A DNA stretch of 64,000 bases, taken from positions 1,984,001 through 2,048,000 of the forward strand of contig OZ252239.1 of the NCBI GenBank assembly GCA_965249485.1. The letters run 5' to 3'. The DNA comes from a bacterium (GTDB lineage Bacteria; SM23-31). Positions within the stretch are counted from its first letter, which is position 1; each line of letters opens with the position of its first letter. A program made the translations under genes and the position numbers. A model generated the notes under the pieces. The model had not been told where the DNA came from and searched no databases. It saw only the letters and a program-made list of their open reading frames with translations. Positions 11,304-21,317 of the stretch are shown here, in pieces.

Positions 11304-11555
11304 AGCGTCCTCCACATAATACATAAAGATTAGTGAAACTTTAATGAAAAGACTGCTGCATTCAATTAATGATACCGATAAGATCGCAAAATAGTTCACA
11401 ACATTGTTGTTTTTCTGCAGCCTCTATTGCGTTTAAGTAAAATTTTCATACATTGAGGTACACAATGTCACATCAGCTCATTAATAATCAGGAACATTTC
11501 TTCGTGTGTAAGGTGTTATAGATTCTTATTATACAACGCACACTAAAAAATTTGA

Positions 11556-12452
11556 ATGCTGACAATGCGATTTCATTCATACAGTTGTAAATTCAAATTG
11601 TTATTACTATGGTTAACTATTCCACTCTTGTTTGCCTGCAGTAATGGAAAAATTCCGGAAGAAATTGAACCGGTTACCGGTATAACATTTACTCCGGAAC
11701 CATTTGAGCCGGATTTTGACTGGAAAGGTAAAACAGTTCTGCTCGAATCGTTTACCGGTTCGGAATGTCCGCCATGCCTTGGGATTGCTCTTGCGCTTGA
11801 CGGGCTTCTGGAGTCATATGGCGATACATACCTTGCGATTTTGGAGTACCACGTAAACATTCCCGCACCCGACCCGATGGAAAACAGGTATTCCCATTTG
11901 AGACGGTTTGAATACGATGTGTACCGGGCGCCAATGACATTTTTCGATGGAGAAGAGAAGTTTCGCGGCGGAGGAAATGATACAACCGCACAAAGATACT
12001 ATCAGAACTATTATCAGGAATTAAAGTCCCGGCTTAAAGAAGAACCTCTCTTGACAATGCAGGCTGAGACATCACTGGTTAACGATAATGTAATTGTTGC
12101 AGATATTACAGTGTCTAATCAACCCAATAATACAAAGTACATTATTGCGCTCGTTGAGAATGACGTAGACTTTCTTGGGAAAAACCGCATAAACAGTCAT
12201 CAAAAAGTAGTGCGGAGACTTGAAGAATTCGTCCCTGATGAACAAGGAAGTGCCCGCCACAAATTTGACATCAGTGACATAACAATCCAAAATGAAAAGT
12301 GGCTCACTACTCTCGAAAAAAATTACAGCCCTTTTACGTTTCGAGAGAAAATGCATAACATGAGCATAAACTCGATGCAAATAGTCGTTTTTGCACAGGA
12401 TTCTACTACTCAGAAAATCCATAATGCGTATGTAAGTGATATAACTCAGTAA
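11556..12452 (+). CDS. Thioredoxin-fold Omp28-related lipoprotein
   Basis: Lipobox LFAC; VLLESFTGSECPPC (CxxC), LEYH, PDPM, VVFAQD. Confidence 0.75.
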   Translation: MLTMRFHSYSCKFKLLLLWLTIPLLFACSNGKIPEEIEPVTGITFTPEPFEPDFDWKGKTVLLESFTGSECPPCLGIALALDGLLESYGDTYLAILEYHVNIPAPDPMENRYSHLRRFEYDVYRAPMTFFDGEEKFRGGGNDTTAQRYYQNYYQELKSRLKEEPLLTMQAETSLVNDNVIVADITVSNQPNNTKYIIALVENDVDFLGKNRINSHQKVVRRLEEFVPDEQGSARHKFDISDITIQNEKWLTTLEKNYSPFTFREKMHNMSINSMQIVVFAQDSTTQKIHNAYVSDITQ

Positions 12453-12751
12453 CACGTGCTTGGCATTAAGAAATCCCGTTGGATTATGACGCATTGACAC
12501 ACAACTTCTCCAAAATTGTTCTTGAAATGTACCAGCTTCTCATGTATATTATACAATCATCCTATAGCATAAGCGATTAACTATCTAAATTGGCTTTCCC
12601 CCTTTTCATAAAACTGCAATTATTCATAGTGTTAATTGTTTCTGAATTTGCAAATAATTATCGTGATGCAGTTTGGTCGCAATATATATAAAGTTGGTAT
12701 GATCTGGATTTCTTACTATACTTCAATCTCAATACGAGGAAAGCAGATAAG

Positions 12752-12958
12752 ATGAAAGGTAAAATCGAACGTCTATCTCCAAAACAGGGAGTCGGATTCA
12801 TTCGCTCTGAATCGGGTGAAGAATATTTTTTTAACAAATTTGGCCTTGAAGGAGTAGACATCCAATCCTTTGAGGTGGGCGATACCGTTGAATTTGTTAT
12901 TGAAGAGTTTCAAGATAGAGAGTCGCGTGCAGTAAAAATAAGAATTGCTCTTCCCTGA
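12752..12958 (+). CDS. Cold-shock domain protein
   Basis: MKGKI...GVGFI...EYFF...GDTVEF...RAVKI pattern of CSD/OB fold, 68 aa. Confidence 0.85.
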   Translation: MKGKIERLSPKQGVGFIRSESGEEYFFNKFGLEGVDIQSFEVGDTVEFVIEEFQDRESRAVKIRIALP

Positions 12959-13244
12959 CACCTTCCCATTTAGTGTTTAAGATAATATGTGTTATCACAC
13001 TATAATACAATGAGTTGAATTGTGTATTCACTCTTCAACTCACATGCCTTAACGTATAATTCGTTTACTCTATACATTATTACACCCAATAATTATTAAA
13101 CAAATAGAAAATAGAAAAAGCTCTTTTTATATAATTATCTAAAGCATTTTAAGCAAAAAACAGTTTATACGGTTCAATAACGGTACATATTATGAATCAG
13201 ATCTTCAAAATGAACTCTGATTAACTCCAATAATTCCTGGAATT

Positions 13245-13391
13245 ATCTCCGTTAACTAGATCACCCAAACATGAACCAATCTGTCTCTTAATGTTAAGAC
13301 TATAACAGTCCAACTTGTTCTGAGCCCTTACATCGGCGAGGTAACGTCAAGCTTTTCGGGCAGAGTTATCATGCACACCGCTATAGGGGAT
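13245..13391 (+). ncRNA. Candidate rod-shaped structured RNA (6S-like or cis-regulatory)
   Basis: Nested complementary segments atctcc/ggggat, catga/tcatg, tctgtct/gggcaga, cttg/caag in an intergenic region; G-U pairs favour + strand. Confidence 0.35.
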
Positions 13392-13529
13392 TAAACGAAT
13401 TGTTGATTTACTTATCGGAAAACAGCTTCCTGGAATTTGCTAAGTAATACATTGCAATATTAATTTGGTTCAGCTGGCAGCAATCACTATATTGAAATAA
13501 AGACATCTGAAGAAAATAGTAGTACGATT

Positions 13530-14210
13530 ATGATTTATGTAATAACCGGATTTATAGCCGGATCATTACATGTATTGTCAGGACCCGACCATCTGTCTGC
13601 CGTTGCTCCGTTATCGCTCGATAGAGGGAAATCTTCATGGATAACCGGATTTTCGTGGGGTCTTGGTCATACTATCGGAGTTATTATTATCGGCGTATTG
13701 GCTCTGCTTGGCCGTGAGTTTATACCAGTGGAATTAATTTCGTCGTGGAGTGAAAGATTTGTCGGAGTCATATTAATTGGTATCGGTATATGGGGAATCA
13801 AAAAGCTCATGACCAATAAAGTTCACGCCCACGAGCACAAGCACGATCAGGAGGAAAATGAGGTACAGCATATGCACATTCATGTGCATCCAAAATCCGG
13901 TGACCATTCGGTGAATCATTCTCACAATCATAGCCATACTGCTCTTTCAATCGGTTTTATCCATGGGATTGCGGGAAGTTCGCACCTGTTCGGTATATTG
14001 CCTGCGCTTGCATTGCCCTCAACAGCTGCTTCTGCAGTTTACCTCAGCGGTTATGCAGTGGGTTCAATCCTTTCAATGGCACTCTGTACAACCCTGATTG
14101 GATTGACTATGGAGAAATTATCCGGTCGAATAGCGTTTTTGTACAACAAAATGTTGCTCGGTTTTAGTCTGCTGGCGGTCTGCGTAGGTATATTTTGGAT
14201 TATAACATAG
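13530..14210 (+). CDS. Nickel/cobalt transporter, UreH/SodT-like
   Basis: HVLSGPDH motif, WGLGHT, His-rich loop, GFIHGIAG; hydrophobic helices. Confidence 0.85.
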   Translation: MIYVITGFIAGSLHVLSGPDHLSAVAPLSLDRGKSSWITGFSWGLGHTIGVIIIGVLALLGREFIPVELISSWSERFVGVILIGIGIWGIKKLMTNKVHAHEHKHDQEENEVQHMHIHVHPKSGDHSVNHSHNHSHTALSIGFIHGIAGSSHLFGILPALALPSTAASAVYLSGYAVGSILSMALCTTLIGLTMEKLSGRIAFLYNKMLLGFSLLAVCVGIFWIIT

Positions 14211-14483
14211 TTTTTACAATTCATACTAGAGAGTTTACCTTCAAGCATAAAAATGTTGAAGCTATATCATTAAAGATGTGCAATTCTGACAATAAAACGT
14301 TAAATGTACTCTGGTAAAAGGTTGAAAAATCAATAACAAACCTGCATACTATATGGCAATTGTGCTCATTGCCTGATTTTTTGCAAATTTAATATTGAAC
14401 TTCTATATTAAAACCATATGGTAATAAACAAACTATGAATATTATAGATCATCACTTTTTACTCATTTAATTACGGAGGAGAA

Positions 14484-14882
14484 ATGCGTAATTTTATTAT
14501 CACAACTATGTGTTGTATGTTGCTTCTGTTCATTGCCTGTGCCACAACGGGGGAAGGAGGGTCAGGAAGCCGTTATATTGTTACAATAGAAGAGATTCAA
14601 GCAGTAAATGCGTCGACTGCTTTTGAGATTCTTCAGCGGTTACGGCCGGGACTCCTGAACAGGGACATGCAAAGAGTAGGCAGACTTGATGAAGGAGCAG
14701 TCACCGATCTTCGCCAACCGGTTCTTACATATGTTAACGGTATCAGGTTCGGTGAAAAGGCATCACTGCAAACTATTGATGCCTCTACTATACAGGAAAT
14801 TCGCTATTACCCGCCTGATGAAGCAACCATGAAATTTGGCGCAATTGCACGGGGCGGTGTTTTTGATATTACCCCTAAATAA
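14484..14882 (+). CDS. Small lipoprotein resembling a stand-alone TonB-receptor plug domain
   Basis: Lipobox FIAC; VTIEEI...EILQRLRP...YVNG...IQEIRY...KFG...GGVFDIT plug-like pattern. Confidence 0.6.
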   Translation: MRNFIITTMCCMLLLFIACATTGEGGSGSRYIVTIEEIQAVNASTAFEILQRLRPGLLNRDMQRVGRLDEGAVTDLRQPVLTYVNGIRFGEKASLQTIDASTIQEIRYYPPDEATMKFGAIARGGVFDITPK

Positions 14883-15142
14883 CTAATGGTATAAATTATT
14901 CATCAAATACGCCCTTTTTTAGAATTGTTTCTCTGAAAAGTTGTACTATAAGCGCACGTAGTAATCTTTGCGGCAGCGGTATTACTTCATGAAATTACGT
15001 TGAGTAGTTAATAAATACTTTGATTTTATTGTGCTAATTTATGATTTCCATTTGGTTTTACAGGAAGTTTATTCTATATTAAGTTTGTAGAGCATATCAA
15101 TTAAAAATTTATAAACATTACCAATGTAAATATAGGTGATTT

Positions 15143-15541
15143 ATGAGAAAAAGATTGATAGGAATTATTACACTTTGCGCTCTAATGCTTTTTATTGGGT
15201 GTGCTGCTGGTGCAGGCGGTCAGCGAATAATCAGAGATCGAAATATCATTGAAGAGGCAGAAATCAATTCGGCACCTCATGCCGATTCGGTCTGGAAACT
15301 GATTGAAATCCTAAGACCGACACTCTTGACACGGGACACAAGAAGAATTTCCGCAATTACAGGTTCTGGAGGAATTGATGCGCTTGTTTACATAAACGGA
15401 TCCCGTGTAGGAACTAAAACTTATCTCTACAACATAGCTCCGTACAATATATCTCGAATCGAGTATATTGATGGCTTTACAGCACCATCCCGGTATGGTT
15501 ATGATGCCGCAGGGGGCGTGTTTTTGATAACATATCGGTAG
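15143..15541 (+). CDS. Small lipoprotein, plug-domain-like paralog
   Basis: Lipobox FIGC; LIEILRP...VYING...ISRIEYI...RYG...GGVFLIT; same length (132 aa) as the upstream paralog. Confidence 0.6.
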   Translation: MRKRLIGIITLCALMLFIGCAAGAGGQRIIRDRNIIEEAEINSAPHADSVWKLIEILRPTLLTRDTRRISAITGSGGIDALVYINGSRVGTKTYLYNIAPYNISRIEYIDGFTAPSRYGYDAAGGVFLITYR

Positions 15542-15625
15542 ATTACGGATTTGCCTGTAGGTACATCGTGAGAAAAGTGTATATTACTGCCAATTAAAAA
15601 TGGCAGGAGCAATATTAAATCTTCT

Positions 15626-15663
15626 TGAAAAAGACGTGTATGGAGTCATGCACGTCTTTTTCA
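15626..15663. terminator. Rho-independent terminator
   Basis: tgaaaaagacgtgtatg / catgcacgtctttttca stem. Confidence 0.75.
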
Positions 15664-16331
15664 TTGTACTATAAAATTTATAGATAAGTTGAAATTATTG
15701 AAAACCAATCATGATGTTAATCACAATACTGGAATAAATCTCCGGAACTTGTCTAATATACTGAGGTCAATATATTATTTCAAGCACAATATTCGATATA
15801 TCAAATATATTAATCATCAATGTAAACGACGAGTCTAATCAAATATGTCGTCTTGTAGACAGAATTCAGTCATAAGTAAAGCATAAACGGCCTAAAGTAT
15901 TAGCCTTGAAAAATATAAACGGGCTGCATATGAATGTTTAGTGGTTTGTGTAGCTGAATTATATGATTAGGGAGTAGAAAATACTTGTAATTGCACGATG
16001 CATAACTTATCATTTATGTTTTAGAATCCAATACATTCTGACCAAATTTTTCACATCTTAAAAAGCCTCAAATTTCAACACGAACATGGATTATTCTCTT
16101 TTTGAGAATTGATATGGGGAATATCAGTTAGAAGTTTTGAAAATTAGAGTTTCATCCATATCACCGTCTGAAATTTTATTTATAGAGTTTTAATTTTTCA
16201 CTATTGAACCGATAATAATATAATTGAAGATTTTAGTATTTACATAGTATTGGATATACTTCTGTTTTTCAATCGTCTCAATACTTATCAAATTTGAGTT
16301 AAATTTTTGATATTCCAGAGGCATTTCCTCT

Positions 16332-19139
16332 ATGCTGATAAGAGTATTCATACAAATACATAGAATCGTATATATTTTCATTCTACTGACATTCGCGGCT
16401 TTGACCACTCAGCTTCACGCTCAGGTCAATCACGATGAGTTGCAACCTGTCATGTATATTCCCCTGACCACATTCGAATATGGAAGTGCGCCGTTCTTGA
16501 TATCTGGACCGGTCAACGTGCTTATCGTCGGCGAAGATGCAGTACGGGTATATTTTGATCTGGAAAATTCGGGAAGTTCTGGAATCAAAGAGCTGCAGGT
16601 CTGGCTTATGGCTTACTATCAGGATCGCACCGAGCCTGTATTGTTCGAGAGAACGTTTTCAACATTGATAGAGCCCGGTGCTGCAAACAGCTTTACCTGG
16701 AATGTGCCGACTGAAAACTTCGGCGAACCAAGGGATGGAGTGATAGTTCCGTATAGGATTGAATTTGTAGATGATACAGTTTGGAATTTAAATGATTATT
16801 ACCAGACTACTGGGAAAGGCAATCAGGAACAACCAGTTATGAATGATTTCCCGTTAAGCAAAAACAGCAACCCCGGAACGGAATCCTCATTCACCGGAAA
16901 ATCGATCAATGCAATACAAGTATCCGGTCCAATAAACATTGACGGTGTCTTGGACGAAGATGCCTGGAAAAGTGCGGATCCTGCAACCGGATTTTTACAA
17001 TCGGAACCAACCGAAGGATTGGATGCTTCCGAAAACACCGAAGTCTTTGTCCTGTATGATGAAAACAATCTGTATATCGGTGCAAATCTGTATGACAGCA
17101 ATCCTGATGGTGTGCTCGGATTTCTGAAAAAGCGTGACGTAAACATATCATCTGATGACCGGTTTATGTTGATCATCGATACATTTCTGGACGGGAGAAC
17201 AGGATACTATTTTGAAACAAACCCGGCAGGATTGTTGGGTGACGGATTGATAGGATCAACCGGCGGCAGAGGTGGCGGTGGTACTGGTACCAGTGTGCTC
17301 GTATTGGGGGGAGGTGGAGTTGCACCGGGTGGATTGATTCTTGGTGTTGGGTATGTCAATAAATCGTGGGATGGGATCTGGACCGTTGAAACATCACTCC
17401 ATGAAAAGGGATGGACAGCGGAGATACGCATACCTTTTCAGACCTTAAATTTCGATCCGGCAAGTGATGTTTGGGGCATTAATTTCCAGAGATCCATACG
17501 TCGGAAAAGTGAAGAATCAAGATGGAGCGGTCATAAACGAAATCAGCTGCTCACAAGTCCAGTGCATGCAGGCAGGTTGAACGGTCTGCAGGATTTGTCG
17601 CAGGGTGTTGGTGTTGAGATTATACCGTACGCTACAATCGGAAGACAAAACGTCCCAAATATTATTGATAAGGGAGTTCTTTTGCCGAATCCCGAAGACC
17701 AGTCGGAAACACCGTCGGATGTAGGTATCGACATCTCCTATAATATTACATCAAGTCTTCGCGGGGCAGTATCGATCAATACTGATTTCGCCGAAGTTGA
17801 GGTTGACCAAAGAAGAGTCAATCTGACCCGGTTCCCTTTGTTCTTTCAGGAAAAGCGGGATTTTTTTCTCGAAGGATCAAGTGTGTTCAGTTTTGCTCCT
17901 CTAAATGGTGTAAATCCTTATTTCAGCAGAAGAATCGGCCTTTCCGAAGGAGAACAGATCCCTATAGTGTTTGGTGCGCGTCTTGGCGGAACAATCGGAC
18001 GCAATGAAATTGGATTTGTTCAAGTCAGGACCGATGAGAACCTGAATGCGGCTACCCCTGTAGAAGATTTCTCCATTGCCCGGGTCAAGCGGTCACTTTT
18101 TGAACAATCATCAGTAGGTTTGATCTATACCCTGCGAGCAGGCAAAGCAATCAATGGCAGTCCTGCTCCTAAAGACCGTCATACTATTGGAGCCGACCTT
18201 AAGTTAGCCACATCGAATTTTCTGGTTAATAAGAACCTCGAATTTGAGGGATTTTTATTGTGGAATTCCGATCCTGAAAATGGAGGCACTGCATCATTTG
18301 ATGACCTCAGTGCGCGCGGAATCAGGATTAATTATCCAAACGATCTTTTTGATGGGCATGTATCGTACAGAGAGTTCGGAGAAGAATACGATCCGGCGGT
18401 CGGATTCGTAACAAGGAATGGTTTCCGCCGTGTGGAGCCGAGAATCGGTTTCAATCCCCGGCCGGATTTTATTCCATGGATACGGCAAATAAAAACATGG
18501 GGGCAGTGGAGACACCTCTGGGATATGTCGAACAGACTTGTAACAAGAAATGTCCAATACAACCTGTTTGAGATCATTCTTGAAGACGGCTCCAATTTTG
18601 AGCTTCAATTAATCCGGAATCTTGAACTGCTTGATGAAGAATTCGAGATTCATGACGGAGTTGTGCTCCCTGCCGGAGAATACAAGTATAACATGTGGAG
18701 AATTTCCGGATGGTCTGCTGGACATCGTCCGTTATCGATACAATATATATTGAGTGGGGGAGATTTCTGGTCCGGTGATAGAATGCAATACAGTTTCAGC
18801 TTCCATTACAAACCGTTTCCGGGAATTGAGATTAAATCAAGTATACAGCACAATGATGTGTCCTTGCCTCAGGGAGACTTTACAACAAATTTGTTTCAAT
18901 TTGAGGGAGGTGTTCATCTGACACCGTGGTCTTCGTTTATCAGCAGTCTGCAATATGACGATGTGAGTGAAGTGATCGGATTGTTTTCCAAATTCAGGTG
19001 GACCGTCAATCCGGGTAATGATATCTTTCTGGTTTATACACAGAACTGGAGAAATATAGGCGATTCTGTATGGGATTTCGATACGAAATTACTCTCACGG
19101 GGCGGAACATCAAAGATCAACTATACACACCGATTTTAA
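16332..19139 (+). CDS. DUF5916 / CBM9-like domain outer-membrane protein with extra N-terminal domain
   Basis: IDGVLDEDAW, WTAEIRIPF, INTDFAEVEVD, VNLTRFPLFFQEKRDFFLEG, FSRRIG; C-terminal F. Confidence 0.85.
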   Translation: MLIRVFIQIHRIVYIFILLTFAALTTQLHAQVNHDELQPVMYIPLTTFEYGSAPFLISGPVNVLIVGEDAVRVYFDLENSGSSGIKELQVWLMAYYQDRTEPVLFERTFSTLIEPGAANSFTWNVPTENFGEPRDGVIVPYRIEFVDDTVWNLNDYYQTTGKGNQEQPVMNDFPLSKNSNPGTESSFTGKSINAIQVSGPINIDGVLDEDAWKSADPATGFLQSEPTEGLDASENTEVFVLYDENNLYIGANLYDSNPDGVLGFLKKRDVNISSDDRFMLIIDTFLDGRTGYYFETNPAGLLGDGLIGSTGGRGGGGTGTSVLVLGGGGVAPGGLILGVGYVNKSWDGIWTVETSLHEKGWTAEIRIPFQTLNFDPASDVWGINFQRSIRRKSEESRWSGHKRNQLLTSPVHAGRLNGLQDLSQGVGVEIIPYATIGRQNVPNIIDKGVLLPNPEDQSETPSDVGIDISYNITSSLRGAVSINTDFAEVEVDQRRVNLTRFPLFFQEKRDFFLEGSSVFSFAPLNGVNPYFSRRIGLSEGEQIPIVFGARLGGTIGRNEIGFVQVRTDENLNAATPVEDFSIARVKRSLFEQSSVGLIYTLRAGKAINGSPAPKDRHTIGADLKLATSNFLVNKNLEFEGFLLWNSDPENGGTASFDDLSARGIRINYPNDLFDGHVSYREFGEEYDPAVGFVTRNGFRRVEPRIGFNPRPDFIPWIRQIKTWGQWRHLWDMSNRLVTRNVQYNLFEIILEDGSNFELQLIRNLELLDEEFEIHDGVVLPAGEYKYNMWRISGWSAGHRPLSIQYILSGGDFWSGDRMQYSFSFHYKPFPGIEIKSSIQHNDVSLPQGDFTTNLFQFEGGVHLTPWSSFISSLQYDDVSEVIGLFSKFRWTVNPGNDIFLVYTQNWRNIGDSVWDFDTKLLSRGGTSKINYTHRF

Positions 19140-19496
19140 CGATTATTTTAAAAATAATCCCAAAGGTTCGTAAACCGCCATACACACTCCAATTAAAAGT
19201 AATCTCAATAATTATTCAACACCAATTCGAAGAAGTTCGTCAAAATCTCCGCTGTTACGTTATCTGCCTCCATACCAGGTACACTGTGACAGGTGGTCCT
19301 GAATATCCTAATTATATTAAAAAATAAATTCAATTTATTCTGCAACATTTGTGTTAATGTCTTCGTCATTATTATTAAACGATCAGGGCCGGTAACCGGA
19401 AAGAAGTATGGTTTTAGAAGAAATCGATCTCTTACGAAAAGTACGAAATGAAAGAGATATGATATGAATGAATTTTACGTTTGCAAGGAGTAATAA

Positions 19497-19751
19497 ATGA
19501 AGTTTTTTAAGCAATTATGTATTTATTTGTCACGGCTTATCACTTCGCCGTTCGGGTATGAATTTTTCAATCCATTTGAAGAAAACGGTATTTCAGATCA
19601 TTCGCAGTATTCGGATAATTTCGATCATAAAGAATCCAATACACCAAAGGAAAACAAAAGTTTCAAATCAGATTATCATTTCAATACTATTTCAATTTTA
19701 TCTAGTAATGAAAATAGGAGGCTCGATCATGAAGATGTCTCCATTAGGTAA
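19497..19751 (+). CDS. Hypothetical protein
   Basis: 84-aa ORF with RBS aaggag; no recognisable motif. Confidence 0.4.
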   Translation: MKFFKQLCIYLSRLITSPFGYEFFNPFEENGISDHSQYSDNFDHKESNTPKENKSFKSDYHFNTISILSSNENRRLDHEDVSIR

Positions 19752-19983
19752 GCGTTTCTTCAACACCGATAAACATGCCGACACTGATATCAAAAATGCG
19801 GCATTAAACGTTTTTTCTTGATTTATCATTGGGATCTTTTAGAGCTCTAATAACTGAATATAAGTTCTTAGCATACAAAACTATATAAGCCCTCGTTAAG
19901 TTTTGCAAGCTTGCAGGCAGGATGTAGTATGGTAAACTATTCTGAAAATGGCCGAATCAAAGTAAACTTGGAAGGATACTCAA

Positions 19984-20973
19984 ATGAAAGCAATTGTATG
20001 CACAAAATACGGGCAACCGGATGTTCTTCAGCTCCAAGAGGTAGAAAAACCTGTTCCTAAAGATAATGAAGTACTTATAAAGGTTCACGCAGCAACAGCA
20101 ACAACAGCGAGCCTCAACGGTCGAAAAGGCCAACCATTTATTGGTAGATTTTTCATGGGTCTCACAAAACCCAAAAAAAACATACTTGGGCAAGAGTTAG
20201 CCGGGGAAATTGTAGCAGTTGGCAAAGATGTAAAATTATTCAAAGAGGGTGGCCAAGTTTTTGGAAATACCGGGTTCGCTTTTGGTGCTCATGGTGAGTT
20301 TACATGTCTTCCTGAAGACGGGGCACTTGACATAAAACCTAACAATATGAATTATGAGGAATCTGTCGCTATTGTTGAAGGCGGATTAACAGCCTTGAAT
20401 TTTTTTAGAAAAGGAAATATCCAGAGAGGACAAAAAGTTTGTATCTATGGCGCTGGCGCTTCCGGGTCGGTAGGTACTGCTTCGATACAGATTGCCAAAT
20501 ACTTTGGGGCGGAAGTTACCGGGGTATGTAGTACTGTTAATTTGGAATTGGTGAAATCTCTGGGAGCCGATATTGTAATTGATTATACAAAAGAGGATTT
20601 CACCAAAAACGGCCAGACCTATGACATTATTTTTGACACGGTAGGCAAGCGCTCATTTTCACGTTGTAAAGGCTCGCTAACGCAAAAAGGTGTCTATCTT
20701 GATGCCGGCAAGTTGGCGACTATTTTTCCAATGTTATGGACTTCAATGTTCGGCAGTAAAAAAGCCATTCTTACGGCCACGTATGTGAGGCCGGCAAGAG
20801 AAATAATTAAAGATCTAATTTTCCTCAAAGAGCTGATTGAGGCGGGAAAGATTCAATCGGTCATTGATAGACGCTATCCGTTAGAACAGACTGCCGAGGC
20901 TCACAGGTATGTCGACAAAGGACACAAAAAGGGAAATGTAGTAATTACTTTGGAACATAATAACAAAACCTAA
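19984..20973 (+). CDS. MDR-family NAD(P)-dependent alcohol dehydrogenase/quinone reductase-like protein (gene cassette)
   Basis: [59 protein letters not shown]; stop codon overlaps attC R''. Confidence 0.92.
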   Translation: MKAIVCTKYGQPDVLQLQEVEKPVPKDNEVLIKVHAATATTASLNGRKGQPFIGRFFMGLTKPKKNILGQELAGEIVAVGKDVKLFKEGGQVFGNTGFAFGAHGEFTCLPEDGALDIKPNNMNYEESVAIVEGGLTALNFFRKGNIQRGQKVCIYGAGASGSVGTASIQIAKYFGAEVTGVCSTVNLELVKSLGADIVIDYTKEDFTKNGQTYDIIFDTVGKRSFSRCKGSLTQKGVYLDAGKLATIFPMLWTSMFGSKKAILTATYVRPAREIIKDLIFLKELIEAGKIQSVIDRRYPLEQTAEAHRYVDKGHKKGNVVITLEHNNKT

Positions 20974-21097
20974 CGAAGCGTTGCAGTTGACGACGTGGAG
21001 CTGTGGTTTATATTAATGTTTCTGGGTTGCAACGGGTTTTAGTTGGTCGGACGGTTTTCGGCAGACCCCCGAATCAACTGATCTTAGGTCGTTATAT
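20968..21097 (+). mobile_element. Integron attC recombination site
   Basis: R'' ACCTAAC 20968-74; inner repeat cagttga (20984-90)/tcaactg (21074-80) with flanking unpaired G; R' GTTATAT 21091-97; 130 bp directly after a stop codon. Confidence 0.75.
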
Positions 21098-21122
21098 GGA
21101 GGAAAATTGAATATGACAAATA

Positions 21123-21317
21123 ATGACTCTACGCAATAAAAAACTATCAATTATTGTGCGATCTCTTATCAAATTAGTTCAGCTTATAATTTTTTTAGTC
21201 ATTCAATTTCCTCTCTTACCTCTAACAATAATCGGCTATATATTGACTGTTGTTAAAATCATACTTTATAGTAAAAAACATGGTTTATCAGCAATGTCTA
21301 ATTACTCTTTAGTATAA
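21123..21317 (+). pseudogene. Truncated second cassette ORF (hydrophobic N-terminus only)
   Basis: Begins just after attC with RBS ggagga; 64 aa running into the convergent amidohydrolase stop; resembles N-termini of membrane-anchored SAM-methyltransferase-like proteins (uncertain). Confidence 0.45.

Noticed and set aside
11304..11399. N-terminal extension of the serpin given in the ORF track
   Set aside because: ATG 11303 has a good RBS and gives a normal lipoprotein signal peptide
15664..16331. Long AT-rich intergenic region as a hidden gene or RNA
   Set aside because: No convincing ORF, repeat or stable structure seen by eye
19848..19901. Second attC site upstream of the dehydrogenase cassette
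   Set aside because: TAATAAC...GTTAAGT with a weak AT-rich inner repeat, but spacer lengths are non-canonical; only the GTTRRRY boundary is retained
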